Origin: Chlorobiota bacterium
GTDB lineage: Bacteria; Bacteroidota; Ignavibacteria; OLB7
Assembly: GCA_016788565.1 (NCBI GenBank)
Contig: JAEUSP010000064.1
Coordinates: 289 to 64,288 of the forward strand
DNA length: 64,000 nt
Direction: 5' to 3'
Positions 54,141-64,000 of this stretch are shown one piece after another (the first letter of the stretch is position 1; each line of letters opens with the position of its first letter). The position numbers and the translations under genes are program-made. The notes beneath the pieces are model-generated. The model did no database searches and had not been told where the DNA came from. It was given only the letters and a program-made list of their open reading frames with translations.

Positions 54141-57100
54141 TCACTGCAACTCTTCCTCCAACTCATCTTCCGGAACCCGCCCCGTCCATTCTTCCAGAAG
54201 GGTTGCGGCCCCTTCGGGGTCGGATTCGCGGCGCAGTGCGGCAACGGTTCCAATCACGGCTTGGCGTAGTCGGGATTCAAACTCGTCGCGCAGTGTCTCG
54301 AATAATTCATCATACAGTGCTGGGAAAGGAACGCGCCCAGCCGCAATCCGAACCGCCCCAAGAAGCGACTCGTGTGCGGCCACCAACCGCCCACGCCGCA
54401 GCGCGGACTCGGCTTGTTTCAGCAACTCCCACGCTTCTATCAGATCAATTCTCACCACCTCCATTGCCAACTCTGGAACTTCATCGCCGCTGATGATGGC
54501 GTTGTGGCCAATGGCTTCGCGCAGGCGCATCACCGCAACGTTGGTGGCCACCCGCGCCCGCTCTGGGTCGGTATCAATTCCGCTGGCAAGCGTGGTGAAG
54601 GTCAGTTTATCTAACGGTTTGCGGAGCATTCGCATGGCCACCAGCAGCCCCAGCAGAGCCTGGTTCCGCCCGCCGCGCAGCCGTGTTGGTTCCTGCTGGC
54701 CGGGCTGCTGCATGGTGATGGTATCAATCATGCTGATTGCCAAGCCGGCATGATGCTCCGCCGGTTTCTGCTGATTGCGCCGCTCCTGTTCAATTACTCC
54801 TTCCCGCTTCCGCCATTCTTTCATTTCGCGCGCCGAAAGCCAGCCGCCGTGGTAGCGTAGCAATCCCGAAATTGGTGCTGGCAAGTTCCGCTGGGCATAC
54901 CAATCGAACAAGCGAAGTACCAGCACGCTAGCCCCGCGTTGGATGTGCGCTGGAATTGCCACGCTGTTGGTGCGCTGGGCATGTGCCAGCAACTCCAACA
55001 CCGGATAGATTGCACGGAGTTGCAGCAGTGAGATCACCGGCTCATCCAGAAATCGCGCAAGCGTTTCCCAAAACTCCGCCCCCCCCTGCTCCGCACCGCT
55101 GCAGATGCTGAAGAGTTGAAAAATATCCGGCTTGCTGTTTGGTGGGATTGCGGGCAGTTGCGATTCCGCTGCCGCATGGTCGCCACGGCGGAGGGCAAGC
55201 GCAAGCTCAATCGGTGGGTCGCCAGCACCGCGTGGGAAGCAATGCTCGGCAGCAAATTCGGCAAGCTGGGGGGTGTTGCAGTACAGGGCAATCTGCATCA
55301 GGCTTTCGCCAACCATTCGGTGGCAGCGGTCTTCGGTAAGCCACCCGGCATATTCTTTCTGCTTGGCTTCGGCCAGCAGTTCGGTGGCGGTTCGGAGTAG
55401 GTGTTGCGGGTTGGTTCCGGTCATTCCTTCTGCAATCAGTTGGTGCATCCGGGTGGCGTAGTAGGGGCCGAACAATCCGCGTTGGCGCAGCGCCGGAAGC
55501 AGTTGGGCCGCTTGCTGAAGCATTGCATCGGAGCAATCGGTGGCGTACAAGAATGTCCCTTTTCGGACCTGCAGATCAAGGTCGGTGGGGTTGGCGCGCT
55601 CCAGTCTATCAAGCAGTTGCTGGCGGTGGGCAAGCTCTTCGGGGGTGTTGAACAGCATCAGTGTGGAGCGCATCAGCCGAACAAACACCGTGTGCCGGAA
55701 CCCTTCGCTGAAAGCGGTGGTGTTCACCAAGCCAAGAATCACTTCCTCCAGCTCCCTCATCTGCTGGCTGTTTTGGGTGTTGTGGGCGTGCACCGTCAGG
55801 TCCCCGAGGAACCGGACGTACTCGTAGCTTCCGCGCAGTTCGGGGTGGTTGGCCACCAGCATCTGCGCCTGCTCGGCAAACTCTTGTTCTTCCCCTTTTC
55901 CATTTCCAACAGCGTAGCGGTACAAGTGGTTCAGTGCCACCAGATGGAGTTGCAGCATCGGAAGCCGTGTGCCGGATTCCGCAAGTTGAAGAAGCTGCCG
56001 GGCGGTTTGTTGATATTGATCCGAAGTTGTGTTTCGGTTCCGAAGCTCTAAGTGTCGGGCAATCAATAATCCCCGCTGCTCGGCCTGTTGTTCGGGGGGA
56101 AGCAGTTGTTCGGAAGCCAGCCGGATCAAGGCTTCCAGCGATTCCAGAATTTCCGCGCTTCTTGGCCAGTCGGGGGTTCCGTCCACGTAGCGCGTGGCTA
56201 AGTGCATCTGGTCGGCGCAGGCAATGGCTTCGGCGGCGGTGCACCCTTCCAGCGTCTGGGCCGTGCGGAATTGCAGCAGCGGGAGGAAGGAGTAAATCGG
56301 GAGATTCAGCCCAATGGCCCGCACCAAACCAACAATGGCTGCCGGCATAATTGCAGGCGCAGACGTTGCAGCGGTGATGAACCCTTGATGGAGCAACGTG
56401 TGGGTGAAGGCTATCGGCAGCCCGCCGCTTTGCTTGCTGTTCAACGCTGCCACCGGCGTTGTGGAGTGCGCCAGCAGCCCCTTAAAAATCAAAGCGTTGA
56501 TAACGTTGCGGGCGTTTGGCAGCATCTGGACGGCGGCTTCTTCGGAGAAAACCTCACCCAGCAGTGCCAGCTTGCTTGCTTCCTCCAATTGCTCCGGCGT
56601 AAGGTCGGCGGTCATTCCTTGCACCACGCCACTGGTGCTTAGTTCGGCCACTTGCCGGAACGCCCCCAGGTTCACCTGCACGGTTCGGTTCCGGTCGTAC
56701 TCCTGCTGTGTGATGCTTCCCCAGCGAACCCCAGCGCGAACGGCTGCCCGGATTGCCAGAACGTTCCCTTGCGTTGCGGCCATCAGAACATCCAACGCTT
56801 GCGGCGGCGGTGGGGCGGAAAACAGCGCGCCCCACAGCAATGCCACGTGGTTGTTGGGAAGCCCCTCCAATGTCAGTTCGTCGGTCAGATAGCTTTCGAT
56901 AAGCCCACGTGCGGGAAGCTCAAGTGGGCGCGCGGCAACCAGCAGTGCAATCGGCTCATCATTCAGCGAATCCACCAGCATCGCAAACTCGCGCAGTGTC
57001 CCCCCTTCCAGCAAATGGATATCCTCGATAATCAGCAACGTGCGCCGCAACGCACACAGCCGCCGAAGGATGCTGATGCAGCCCGGCAACGCAGGCGGAA

Positions 57101-57416
57101 CAACGCGCGGGGCCAGTTTGCTTGCCGTGGCCGAGCGTTCAATCCCGGCAGCAAGCAGCGGCCCCAGCGATACCGAACCTTCCGGGCGCAACCGCAGGTG
57201 GATCACCGCCCCCTGGGCCTGCTCCACTTGTGGGATTACTTCTTCAATCAGGCGGCTTTTTCCAATCCCCGCTTCCCCCCGCAGCAGCATTGCCCGCAGC
57301 TCCGTTTGGTTTGGGTTGCGCTGATGCCAGAAACGGAGAATGGCCGCAATTTCTTCGGCACGTCCGGTGAACGGAAGCGTGCCGTGGTTCAGAAAATCAA
57401 CAAATGATTCGTGCAT
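54141..57416 (-). CDS. STAND-type P-loop NTPase (AAA_16-like ATPase followed by long helical/TPR-like repeats), with no obvious effector or DNA-binding domain
   Basis: Walker A 'LLRGEAGIGKSRLIEEV' near the N-terminus. Walker B 'LLIIEDIHLLEGGT', which corresponds to the 'DDLHWAD' family signature. The remaining ~800 aa are alpha-helical. Confidence 0.6.
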   Translation of the reverse strand: MHESFVDFLNHGTLPFTGRAEEIAAILRFWHQRNPNQTELRAMLLRGEAGIGKSRLIEEVIPQVEQAQGAVIHLRLRPEGSVSLGPLLAAGIERSATASKLAPRVVPPALPGCISILRRLCALRRTLLIIEDIHLLEGGTLREFAMLVDSLNDEPIALLVAARPLELPARGLIESYLTDELTLEGLPNNHVALLWGALFSAPPPPQALDVLMAATQGNVLAIRAAVRAGVRWGSITQQEYDRNRTVQVNLGAFRQVAELSTSGVVQGMTADLTPEQLEEASKLALLGEVFSEEAAVQMLPNARNVINALIFKGLLAHSTTPVAALNSKQSGGLPIAFTHTLLHQGFITAATSAPAIMPAAIVGLVRAIGLNLPIYSFLPLLQFRTAQTLEGCTAAEAIACADQMHLATRYVDGTPDWPRSAEILESLEALIRLASEQLLPPEQQAEQRGLLIARHLELRNRNTTSDQYQQTARQLLQLAESGTRLPMLQLHLVALNHLYRYAVGNGKGEEQEFAEQAQMLVANHPELRGSYEYVRFLGDLTVHAHNTQNSQQMRELEEVILGLVNTTAFSEGFRHTVFVRLMRSTLMLFNTPEELAHRQQLLDRLERANPTDLDLQVRKGTFLYATDCSDAMLQQAAQLLPALRQRGLFGPYYATRMHQLIAEGMTGTNPQHLLRTATELLAEAKQKEYAGWLTEDRCHRMVGESLMQIALYCNTPQLAEFAAEHCFPRGAGDPPIELALALRRGDHAAAESQLPAIPPNSKPDIFQLFSICSGAEQGGAEFWETLARFLDEPVISLLQLRAIYPVLELLAHAQRTNSVAIPAHIQRGASVLVLRLFDWYAQRNLPAPISGLLRYHGGWLSAREMKEWRKREGVIEQERRNQQKPAEHHAGLAISMIDTITMQQPGQQEPTRLRGGRNQALLGLLVAMRMLRKPLDKLTFTTLASGIDTDPERARVATNVAVMRLREAIGHNAIISGDEVPELAMEVVRIDLIEAWELLKQAESALRRGRLVAAHESLLGAVRIAAGRVPFPALYDELFETLRDEFESRLRQAVIGTVAALRRESDPEGAATLLEEWTGRVPEDELEEELQ

Positions 57417-57527
57417 TGTGGAACTGTTATCAGGGGGCTATTGGTTCTGTTATCGGCGGCGGGTAGATTTGATTGCAGGCTGCATGGCGGGCAATGATAC
57501 CACAGAAGCACGCCGCAGCAATCGCCA

Positions 57528-58070
57528 ATGATTGACCGGAACAACCATCTTGATGTCCCGTTTGTTCCCACCCCGTTTGAAGTGGTGCGGGGGATGCTGA
57601 GCGTTGCCAACCTGAAACCTGACGATCGGGTGTGGGACATCGGCTGCGGCGATGGAAGGCTGGTGATTGCGGCGGCATTGCAACATGGCGTGCATGGCGT
57701 TGGTGTGGAGTTGGACCCAACGCTTGCCCAGCAAGCACGCAACGAAGTGGAGTGGGCCGGCGTTGGGCATTTGGTGAGGATTGTTGAAGCTGATTTGCTG
57801 AACGTAGATTTCGGCGAAGCAACCGTGGTGATGCTGTTTTTACTGACGGCGATCAACCTGAAGCTGCGGCCAGCGCTGCTGGCAATGCCCCCCGGAACAC
57901 GAATTATCAGCCACCGATTTGCTATGGGGAATTGGATACCCGAAGCCGCGTGGACGCTGGGAAGCACACCAATCTACCGCTGGGTGGTTCCCCCAAACGG
58001 CCCCGAACTACTGCGCCAGTTGGAGCAAGAACCAACCGCGCCAAATGGCAACCCCGCCACCTTACCGTAA
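57528..58070 (+). CDS. Small class I SAM-dependent methyltransferase
   Basis: Motif I 'VWDIGCGDGRLV' and post-I 'GVGVELD' with an acidic residue. Rossmann-fold spacing. Confidence 0.6.
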   Translation: MIDRNNHLDVPFVPTPFEVVRGMLSVANLKPDDRVWDIGCGDGRLVIAAALQHGVHGVGVELDPTLAQQARNEVEWAGVGHLVRIVEADLLNVDFGEATVVMLFLLTAINLKLRPALLAMPPGTRIISHRFAMGNWIPEAAWTLGSTPIYRWVVPPNGPELLRQLEQEPTAPNGNPATLP

Positions 58071-58139
58071 CGCAACAATGGAAATCTATCACGGCCACAA
58101 TGTGGCAAAACCATAACCAACACCGAAAGGGGAGCTACG

Positions 58140-58622
58140 ATGCACAAGCCAATTTTGACAACGCTGACGGTTGCTGCCGCGCTTGCAGCAACATCGGCCA
58201 ACGCCGCGCCGCCACTGGTTCCAATCGCCATCACCAGCAACTGGCTGAACAGCACGTTGTGGAGCGACCCGCATACCCAGAAAGCAATAAAGCAGTTGCA
58301 AAGCCGATTCAACGCCTTCCTAAAAATCTACGAAGCGAAAGGGCTGGAAAAAGCACTGGCATCGCAGGAGTTGAAGTTGCTGGATGACGCAATCGTTGAC
58401 CTGAACGATGCGATTGCCGCGCTGGGGGATGGCTCGGTACGGAAAGGGGATGAATCGGAAGCAGTGATCCAAAAAGTGCGGACTGATCTTCAGCAGCTGA
58501 TGGAGCCAATCGGGAAATCATTCGGCGAACTGAAAATTTCCCCCAGCCGCTCGGCTGCCGACGGAAGCGTCCGGACGCTAAAAATCAGCATCCGCAATCT
58601 GGTGGATTCGTACGCCAAGTAG
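58140..58622 (+). CDS. Hypothetical small secreted protein
   Basis: Signal peptide (ILTTLTVAAALAATSANAAP). A terminator hairpin follows at 58645-58691. Confidence 0.5.
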   Translation: MHKPILTTLTVAAALAATSANAAPPLVPIAITSNWLNSTLWSDPHTQKAIKQLQSRFNAFLKIYEAKGLEKALASQELKLLDDAIVDLNDAIAALGDGSVRKGDESEAVIQKVRTDLQQLMEPIGKSFGELKISPSRSAADGSVRTLKISIRNLVDSYAK

Positions 58623-58644
58623 GCAACCGCAGGAACAAACCACA

Positions 58645-58691
58645 GCACCGGCGCAGAAGGATTCCCCTTTCCGCGCCGGTGCTTGTTTTTT
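58645..58691 (+). terminator. Rho-independent terminator
   Basis: 'gcaccggcgc' pairs with 'gcgccggtgc' and is followed by 'ttgtttttt'. Confidence 0.6.
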
Positions 58692-58834
58692 GGGGGGGCT
58701 ATCGGTTTTCCGGTGGCGCGTTGGCAGGTTCAAGTATCGGCAAGGTGGACATTTTCTGGACATGGCTTGATTGGCAAGCTCGGCTATTCCATCTTTGCTC
58801 ACGCATTCCACAAAAACCGATCCGTTCCCTCCGC

Positions 58835-60826
58835 ATGGCAACCACTGATAGCACCAACCTTGAACCCGTTACCGCCGCCGAGCTGCAACGCATTCTATCG
58901 AACCATAGGCTTCGGAACAAAGGGGCTGCGGTAGCCGAGTTGTTCCGCCATCGCGAAATTGCAATGCAGGATGCCACGCCAGTGTTGGAAATGATTATCC
59001 CGCTGGCCACGCTGCTTCACCAAACACTCCAGTCTCCGAAAAATCCGGCGGCCCAACGGAGCGCGCAACGCGACTACGCATTCCTGATGTGTGTAATCCA
59101 CTATCTGAAATTATGGGGAGGGCAAAGCTCGCAAGCGATGCTGGAGGAAAGCCAGCAAACGGAGGAGTTGGCCGAACGGGCGGAAGACTGGAGAAGCGTG
59201 GTATTCGCCATCAGCAATCAGGCCTGGATACTGGGGCAACTTGGGCAGATAGATGAATCGCTTGCCGTTGGGCGCAAGTCGCTATCAATCGCGCAGACGC
59301 GGGGGCTGCCCGCTATCACGATCGTGCATAATCTGAACAACATTGCGCAACGGCTGTACATCAATTTTAAGCAGCCAGAAAAAGCGCTGGAGCTTTCGGA
59401 TCAAGCGTTGGAGCTTCTTGCAACTGGCGGATATTCCAGCGTGGCCATCTGCAACACCTTCGACCTGCGCGGAAGAATTCTTTTGCAGCTACGGCGGATT
59501 GAGGAAGGGATGCGGATGCTATCCACCGCCCAGCAACTTGCCTTTGAAGCGGGGCAGGATGATCTGGGCATCCGTTCGGCGTTGGAGGTTATCGGGCAGT
59601 GGTTCGCCACCGAGGAATACACGTTGGCACTGGAGCACTCGCGGCGGATGGAGTCGTTTAATCCGGCAGTAGTTTCCCGCACACGAGCCGCCGAGCTGGC
59701 CTGCGCCGTGGGGCGAATAATGATAAAGCTGGGCGAACTTCCCATTGCCCGCGACAAACTGACCAAAGCCGAAGAACTTGCCCAAGATATCAACCGCTCG
59801 GGGCTGCGATTCCAAGTTGAAATGGCAATCGGAAGGCTGCATATTGCCGAGGGCGAGGGGGGCAAAGGGGAGCAGAGAACAAAAGCTGCGCTGGCGATTG
59901 TTGAACATCACAAGCTGCGCCCCGCAGCAGAGTGCGCGGCGTTGGTCCAGCTTGGCGAAGCGCACCAAGCGCAGGGGAATACAGAGGATGCCGAACGGAA
60001 CTACCAACAAGCATTAGGGCTGGCAATACAGCACCAACATATCGGCAGCATTATTGCTGCGCACCGGTTATTGGGAAACCTGAAAGAAGCATTGGGCCGG
60101 ATTGATGAGGCAAAATCCCACTACCACCACGTGCTGGAAACACCACGCGCTATTCAAGCTCACGAAAACGCCATGCTGGCCGCCGAACGCCTTGCCGAAA
60201 TTGCTAAATCGGAGGGAAATTTTTCTGAGGCACTGGAACACTACGAACGCTACCACGCCATCTGCCGCCAGATTGATGAGCGGAAGCAAAACAACCGCAT
60301 CACCATGCTGCGGGTGTATTACCGGATTGACGAATTAGAAGACCAAGCCGAACAGGAACGCGCCGCAAAAGAACACGCCCACAGCATTTTGAACTCCACC
60401 CAAACCGACCTTGATGGCTTGCGTGTGGCATTAATCGAACACCAGCACCAAGTGAAAATGCTGCGTGGGCGGCTGCAAACAATTATGGGAAATATGGAGC
60501 GGGAAAAAGGGGAGCAAACCTTTGGAGAATTGCGTTCGCTTGCGCGCGAAATTGACGGAAGCAGCGCAACCGGGCAAGCACAATGGCAGGCCAATCTGCG
60601 AAGCACCAACAAGGAATTTCACCAGCGGTTGCTGAAAAAACATCCGGCACTTTCGCCCGCCTTGGCGTTGCTGTGCGATTGCATCCACTCCGGCATGACC
60701 ACCGATGCAATTCTTGCTGTGCTGCATATTTCATCCGACGCGTTAAACAAACGCCGGCATCGCTTGCGGAAAGTATTGCTGCTATCCCCCAATCAAAAAT
60801 TGGATGAGTATTTGCAAGGGCTGTAA
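58835..60826 (+). CDS. TPR-repeat protein with a C-terminal LuxR/GerE-type HTH; putative transcriptional regulator
   Basis: Multiple TPR-like 'A...Y..AL.L' repeats. C-terminal 'LSPALALLCDCIHSGMTTDAILAVLHISSDALNKRRHRLRKVL' has the LuxR-type HTH pattern. The start was set at 'MATTDSTNLEP' (the ATG at 58835). Confidence 0.55.
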   Translation: MATTDSTNLEPVTAAELQRILSNHRLRNKGAAVAELFRHREIAMQDATPVLEMIIPLATLLHQTLQSPKNPAAQRSAQRDYAFLMCVIHYLKLWGGQSSQAMLEESQQTEELAERAEDWRSVVFAISNQAWILGQLGQIDESLAVGRKSLSIAQTRGLPAITIVHNLNNIAQRLYINFKQPEKALELSDQALELLATGGYSSVAICNTFDLRGRILLQLRRIEEGMRMLSTAQQLAFEAGQDDLGIRSALEVIGQWFATEEYTLALEHSRRMESFNPAVVSRTRAAELACAVGRIMIKLGELPIARDKLTKAEELAQDINRSGLRFQVEMAIGRLHIAEGEGGKGEQRTKAALAIVEHHKLRPAAECAALVQLGEAHQAQGNTEDAERNYQQALGLAIQHQHIGSIIAAHRLLGNLKEALGRIDEAKSHYHHVLETPRAIQAHENAMLAAERLAEIAKSEGNFSEALEHYERYHAICRQIDERKQNNRITMLRVYYRIDELEDQAEQERAAKEHAHSILNSTQTDLDGLRVALIEHQHQVKMLRGRLQTIMGNMEREKGEQTFGELRSLAREIDGSSATGQAQWQANLRSTNKEFHQRLLKKHPALSPALALLCDCIHSGMTTDAILAVLHISSDALNKRRHRLRKVLLLSPNQKLDEYLQGL

Positions 60827-60871
60827 AAATGGCAGAAAAAGTATTTTCTGAATAAAGTGATTTGCGGAAAC

Positions 60872-62017
60872 TCACTTGTTGCTACTTCCCAAAAACCATT
60901 TTTTCACAACCGCCTCGGCTGGCGTGCGGCGGAAGGTGAAACCGATGTCTTCGCCGTGGCGGGCGGCGCGGTCGGGCGCGGTGAAGGCTTTCCAGAGAAA
61001 AAGGCCTTTGAACCACGGGCGCGCTGTGGCGGCGCGGAACATTGCTTCGTAGGCGCGTTGCTGCGCGCCGTAATCCAGCGTGCCGCCATCGTACCGCCAG
61101 GGTTCGCGAAAAATCCCGGTTGCCGGGCGGTATCCAATTTCCATAAACAACACTGGGCGGTTGGTGGCTTTTGCCAATCGCCCAATCCGCTCCAGATGTG
61201 GTCCCCATGCTTCGGCAAGTTGCCCAACCGTGGCGGTGTCGGGAACGTTCAGCGGGAAGTAGGCGGTGATGCCGATGTACTCCAGCGCGTCCCAAAACGG
61301 GATGCTGTCGAACTCACGTTCCCAATGCGCAGCATACGTCAGCGGGCCGTGATAGACCTTGCGGACATCCGCAATCAGCGTGCGCCATTCTTCGGGATAG
61401 GTGGTGGTCATTTTCACCAACTCGGTGCCGATGCAGAACAAGTCGGCCCTGCTCCCTTCGGCAAGGTTGGCATAGTGGAGGGTCATTGCGCGGTAGCTGT
61501 TCCACCACCGTGCATGTGCTTGCGGGGTGGGTTGCTGCACGGTTCCGTGCCACTGGCCACCGTTCCAAAAATCGTGGGACCAGATATGCGGTTTCAGTGC
61601 CACGTGGATTCCCCGCTGGTGGGCGAACTCTATTTCTGCTTTCAGGTCATCGGTCTCCATGCTGGGGTCCAATTCTTTCGGCTCCGATTCCGCAAAACCA
61701 ACAATCTGATCGGCGCTTGCGCTTTGCTGAAAACCGAACGGTGTGATTGCCGTCCAGTTCACCCCGATTGCTTTCAGCGAATCCAATTCTTGCACCGATG
61801 CCGCCGAGCCATACCCCAACCCGCGCCGATGGATGTGTGCATAATTCACCCCACGAAACTCAATCGGGCGAGGAAGAATTGTGTCGGCAAAAACTGTTGA
61901 AGAAGCGGTGCTGTTGGAGTCGGCGGGCAAGTGGCCAGCTTGCGTGCGCGCATCGCGGCAGCAAAGCTGGGAACCCAACAGAAGCAGAACCACCAACGGA
62001 AAAAAACGATCCGGCAT
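60872..62017 (-). CDS. Putative secreted glycoside hydrolase (TIM-barrel, GH5/GH26/GH113-like)
   Basis: Signal peptide from the internal Met (MPDRFFPLVVLLLLGSQLCC). 'GVNYAHI...LDSLKAIGVNWTAITPFG' and 'FAHQRGIHVALKPHIW' are typical of (beta/alpha)8 glycanases. Confidence 0.4.
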   Translation of the reverse strand: MPDRFFPLVVLLLLGSQLCCRDARTQAGHLPADSNSTASSTVFADTILPRPIEFRGVNYAHIHRRGLGYGSAASVQELDSLKAIGVNWTAITPFGFQQSASADQIVGFAESEPKELDPSMETDDLKAEIEFAHQRGIHVALKPHIWSHDFWNGGQWHGTVQQPTPQAHARWWNSYRAMTLHYANLAEGSRADLFCIGTELVKMTTTYPEEWRTLIADVRKVYHGPLTYAAHWEREFDSIPFWDALEYIGITAYFPLNVPDTATVGQLAEAWGPHLERIGRLAKATNRPVLFMEIGYRPATGIFREPWRYDGGTLDYGAQQRAYEAMFRAATARPWFKGLFLWKAFTAPDRAARHGEDIGFTFRRTPAEAVVKKWFLGSSNK

Positions 62018-62412
62018 ACCGATAGTGTGAGTTGTTGATGAGCAACCGATGACCGCCACAACATACGTGTGAAATGTGCTACCCAGCACACCCCATCTAC
62101 TTGTGCGAATTTCTGCCGAAGCGGCGCAATCTGAAAAAAGTCGGCTTCTATTTTTTTGCGTCTGCCAGGCTAATTATTTGCGCGTAAGTTTCCACCTTAT
62201 TTCACTAAGTTGCCGCCGCTTGAGGAACGAAATATGGTTGGTGTTTCATCATGGTGAAATGCTGAGAATACTGCTGCCTATGCCTGCCTGCTTTTGCCGC
62301 GCTGGTTCCTTAATGTGCTCCTCCCTTCCTGCTCCGATTGTTCCCTTTCACAAAATGGTTTGGCCACTTGCCCAGAGTGGGCAGATTGTGGTTTCACGCT
62401 GTGCTGTCCAAA

Positions 62413-64000
62413 ATGAAATGCGATTCTTGTGGAACTGAAAACGTTGCGGATGCCCGCTTTTGCAACGGCTGCGGGAAGCATCTTGGCGTTGTTTGCGCCC
62501 AGTGCAATCATCCAAATACGGCCAACGCGCACTACTGCAATTACTGTGGGGCCACGCTGCAGACGTTGATTGAACCGGCTGCGCACTTAGTCCACCACAC
62601 GCCAGAACGCCGCCACATGACGGTGATGTTCAGCGATTTGGCTGGCTCGACTGAGTTATCGGAGCAGCTTGATCCCGAAGAAATGCGGGAACTGCTGCGC
62701 CGCTATCACTCCATCTGCTCTAAATGGATACGCCACTACGAAGGCTACTTAGCAAAATTTTTGGGCGATGGCGTGTTGGCCTATTTCGGCTACCCGCACT
62801 CGCACGAGGACGATGCGCGCCGTGCGGTACGCGCCGGTTTAGCGATTGTGGAAGAAGCAAAACGCACCACCATTACCCTTGCAGATCACGACGATCTTGC
62901 TATTTCCGTGCGGGTCGGAATCCACACCGGGTTGGTGATTGTGGGGGACCTTGATTTTGATGATGGCGTGGAGACCAACGCGGTTGTTGGGCGAACCCCC
63001 AACCTTGCCGCCCGTGTGCAAACGGTTGCGCAACCGAACTCCGTTGTTATCACCGGCGACACCGCACGGCTTGTTGGCGGCTACGTGCTGCATAAAGATA
63101 TTGGCTTGCACACGCTAAAAGGGATCAGTAAACCGCTTCCCCTGTTCCAAGCCATTTCCGAAAGCCGAGCGCAAGGGCGGCTGGACGTTGCGGCCCAAGC
63201 CGGATTATCCCCATTTGTTGGGCGCGAAACAGAATGGCAGCAGTTGCAGCAACGCTGGCAAGAAGCCCAACAGGGGAACGGAACGATGATAACAATCATG
63301 GGTGAGGCGGGGATTGGGAAATCACGGCTGCTGTACAAGTTGGCCAGCAGCGTAGCGGAAACCGGGGCTGCCGAAATTTTGGAATGCCGCTGCTCGCAGT
63401 ATCACCAAAACAGTGCTTTTCATCCAATCATCGAACTGCTGGAACGCTCCGTGTTGCAGTACAGCGATGCCGATAAGCCCCAAGAAAAATTTCAGAAACT
63501 GGAGGCGTTTCTTCTTAGCCGTGGTGGCAACTGGGCCATGAAGACACCGCTCCTCTGCTCGCTTCTTTCCCTTCCCGTTGCCGATTCCTACCCGCCGCTA
63601 ACAAGCTCCCCTGACCGGCAAAAGCAGGAGACAATCCAGGCGTTAGCCGCATTGCTGTTGCAGCAGTCGGCCACAATCCCGGTGCTGCTTACCATCGAGG
63701 ACCTTCATTGGGCCGACCCCTCCACACGTGAGTTTATCAGCATCCTTGCCGAGGTGGTTTCCACCACTCCGCTGTGTTGTGTGCTGACCACGCGCCCGGA
63801 AGAATCGGTGGCCGCGTGGTGGGATCACGCTTGGCATTCGGCAATCAGTTTATCGCGGCTGGGGGCGGAAGAAACCGAATTGCTGGTGCAGAAATTGGTG
63901 CAGCGAAGTGCCATCCCCGAAACCATTGCCCAAGAAATTGCTCGGCGCACCGATGGCGTGCCGCTGTTTATTGAGGAAGTGACAAAAGCGGTGGTGGAAA
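62413..64000 (+). CDS. Double zinc ribbon + class III adenylate/guanylate cyclase domain + AAA_16 ATPase (STAND) protein, truncated at the 3' window edge
   Basis: N-terminal 'CDSCGTEN..CNGCGK..CAQCNHPN..CNYCG'. Cyclase core 'RRHMTVMFSDLAGSTEL...FLGDGVLAYFGYP...VRVGIHTGLVIVGDL...VVGRTPNLAARVQ'. Walker A 'MGEAGIGKSRLL' and Walker B 'LLTIEDLHWADPSTREF'. The ORF is not in the supplied track because it runs off the window. Confidence 0.75.
   Translation, partial: MKCDSCGTENVADARFCNGCGKHLGVVCAQCNHPNTANAHYCNYCGATLQTLIEPAAHLVHHTPERRHMTVMFSDLAGSTELSEQLDPEEMRELLRRYHSICSKWIRHYEGYLAKFLGDGVLAYFGYPHSHEDDARRAVRAGLAIVEEAKRTTITLADHDDLAISVRVGIHTGLVIVGDLDFDDGVETNAVVGRTPNLAARVQTVAQPNSVVITGDTARLVGGYVLHKDIGLHTLKGISKPLPLFQAISESRAQGRLDVAAQAGLSPFVGRETEWQQLQQRWQEAQQGNGTMITIMGEAGIGKSRLLYKLASSVAETGAAEILECRCSQYHQNSAFHPIIELLERSVLQYSDADKPQEKFQKLEAFLLSRGGNWAMKTPLLCSLLSLPVADSYPPLTSSPDRQKQETIQALAALLLQQSATIPVLLTIEDLHWADPSTREFISILAEVVSTTPLCCVLTTRPEESVAAWWDHAWHSAISLSRLGAEETELLVQKLVQRSAIPETIAQEIARRTDGVPLFIEEVTKAVVE

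Overview
This is a GC-rich (~60%) bacterial chromosomal segment. The gene content points to the FCB group (Bacteroidota, Chlorobiota, Ignavibacteriota or Rhodothermota-like): T9SS C-terminal sorting domains, a PorP/SprF-like protein, delta-60/YVTN propellers and many secreted proteins. I found no rRNA, tRNA or CRISPR array.

Confident housekeeping calls are a DEAD-box helicase with a DbpA tail (deaD-like), diaminopimelate epimerase (dapF), two squalene/phytoene-synthase-family paralogs, a YbgC-like thioesterase, GT4 and GT39-like glycosyltransferases, and a TonB-family protein.

The window opens inside a giant (>2000 aa) surface protein made of 'NTAVG' repeats. A 14-kb minus-strand block (22.1-35.9 kb) encodes five secreted or outer-membrane proteins: two beta-helix T9SS cargos, an outer-membrane beta-barrel protein, a 1622-aa giant protein and an FN3-repeat protein. 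It is transcribed divergently from a 657-aa protein that carries an RNA-polymerase alphaCTD-like domain and a sigma-70 region-4-like helix-turn-helix.

Non-core features that deserve a second look:
- two AT-rich islands (~35-40% GC), at 8.8-10.9 kb and 38.4-40.1 kb, encoding secreted or glycine-zipper proteins;
- a HEAT-repeat plus Mrr-like restriction-endonuclease-domain fusion protein;
- a regulatory-looking cluster (54.1-64.0 kb) with two AAA_16/STAND-type ATPases, one of them fused to a double zinc ribbon and a class-III nucleotidyl cyclase domain, plus a TPR-LuxR-HTH protein, a small SAM methyltransferase and a small secreted protein;
- a family of modular composite intergenic repeats built from a TGACTAA-type heptamer run, a CACTCTTCAC-type module and a conserved ~55-bp hairpin element, including a 4 x 94-bp tandem array.

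Many long antisense ORFs in the six-frame track are compositional shadows and were not called.
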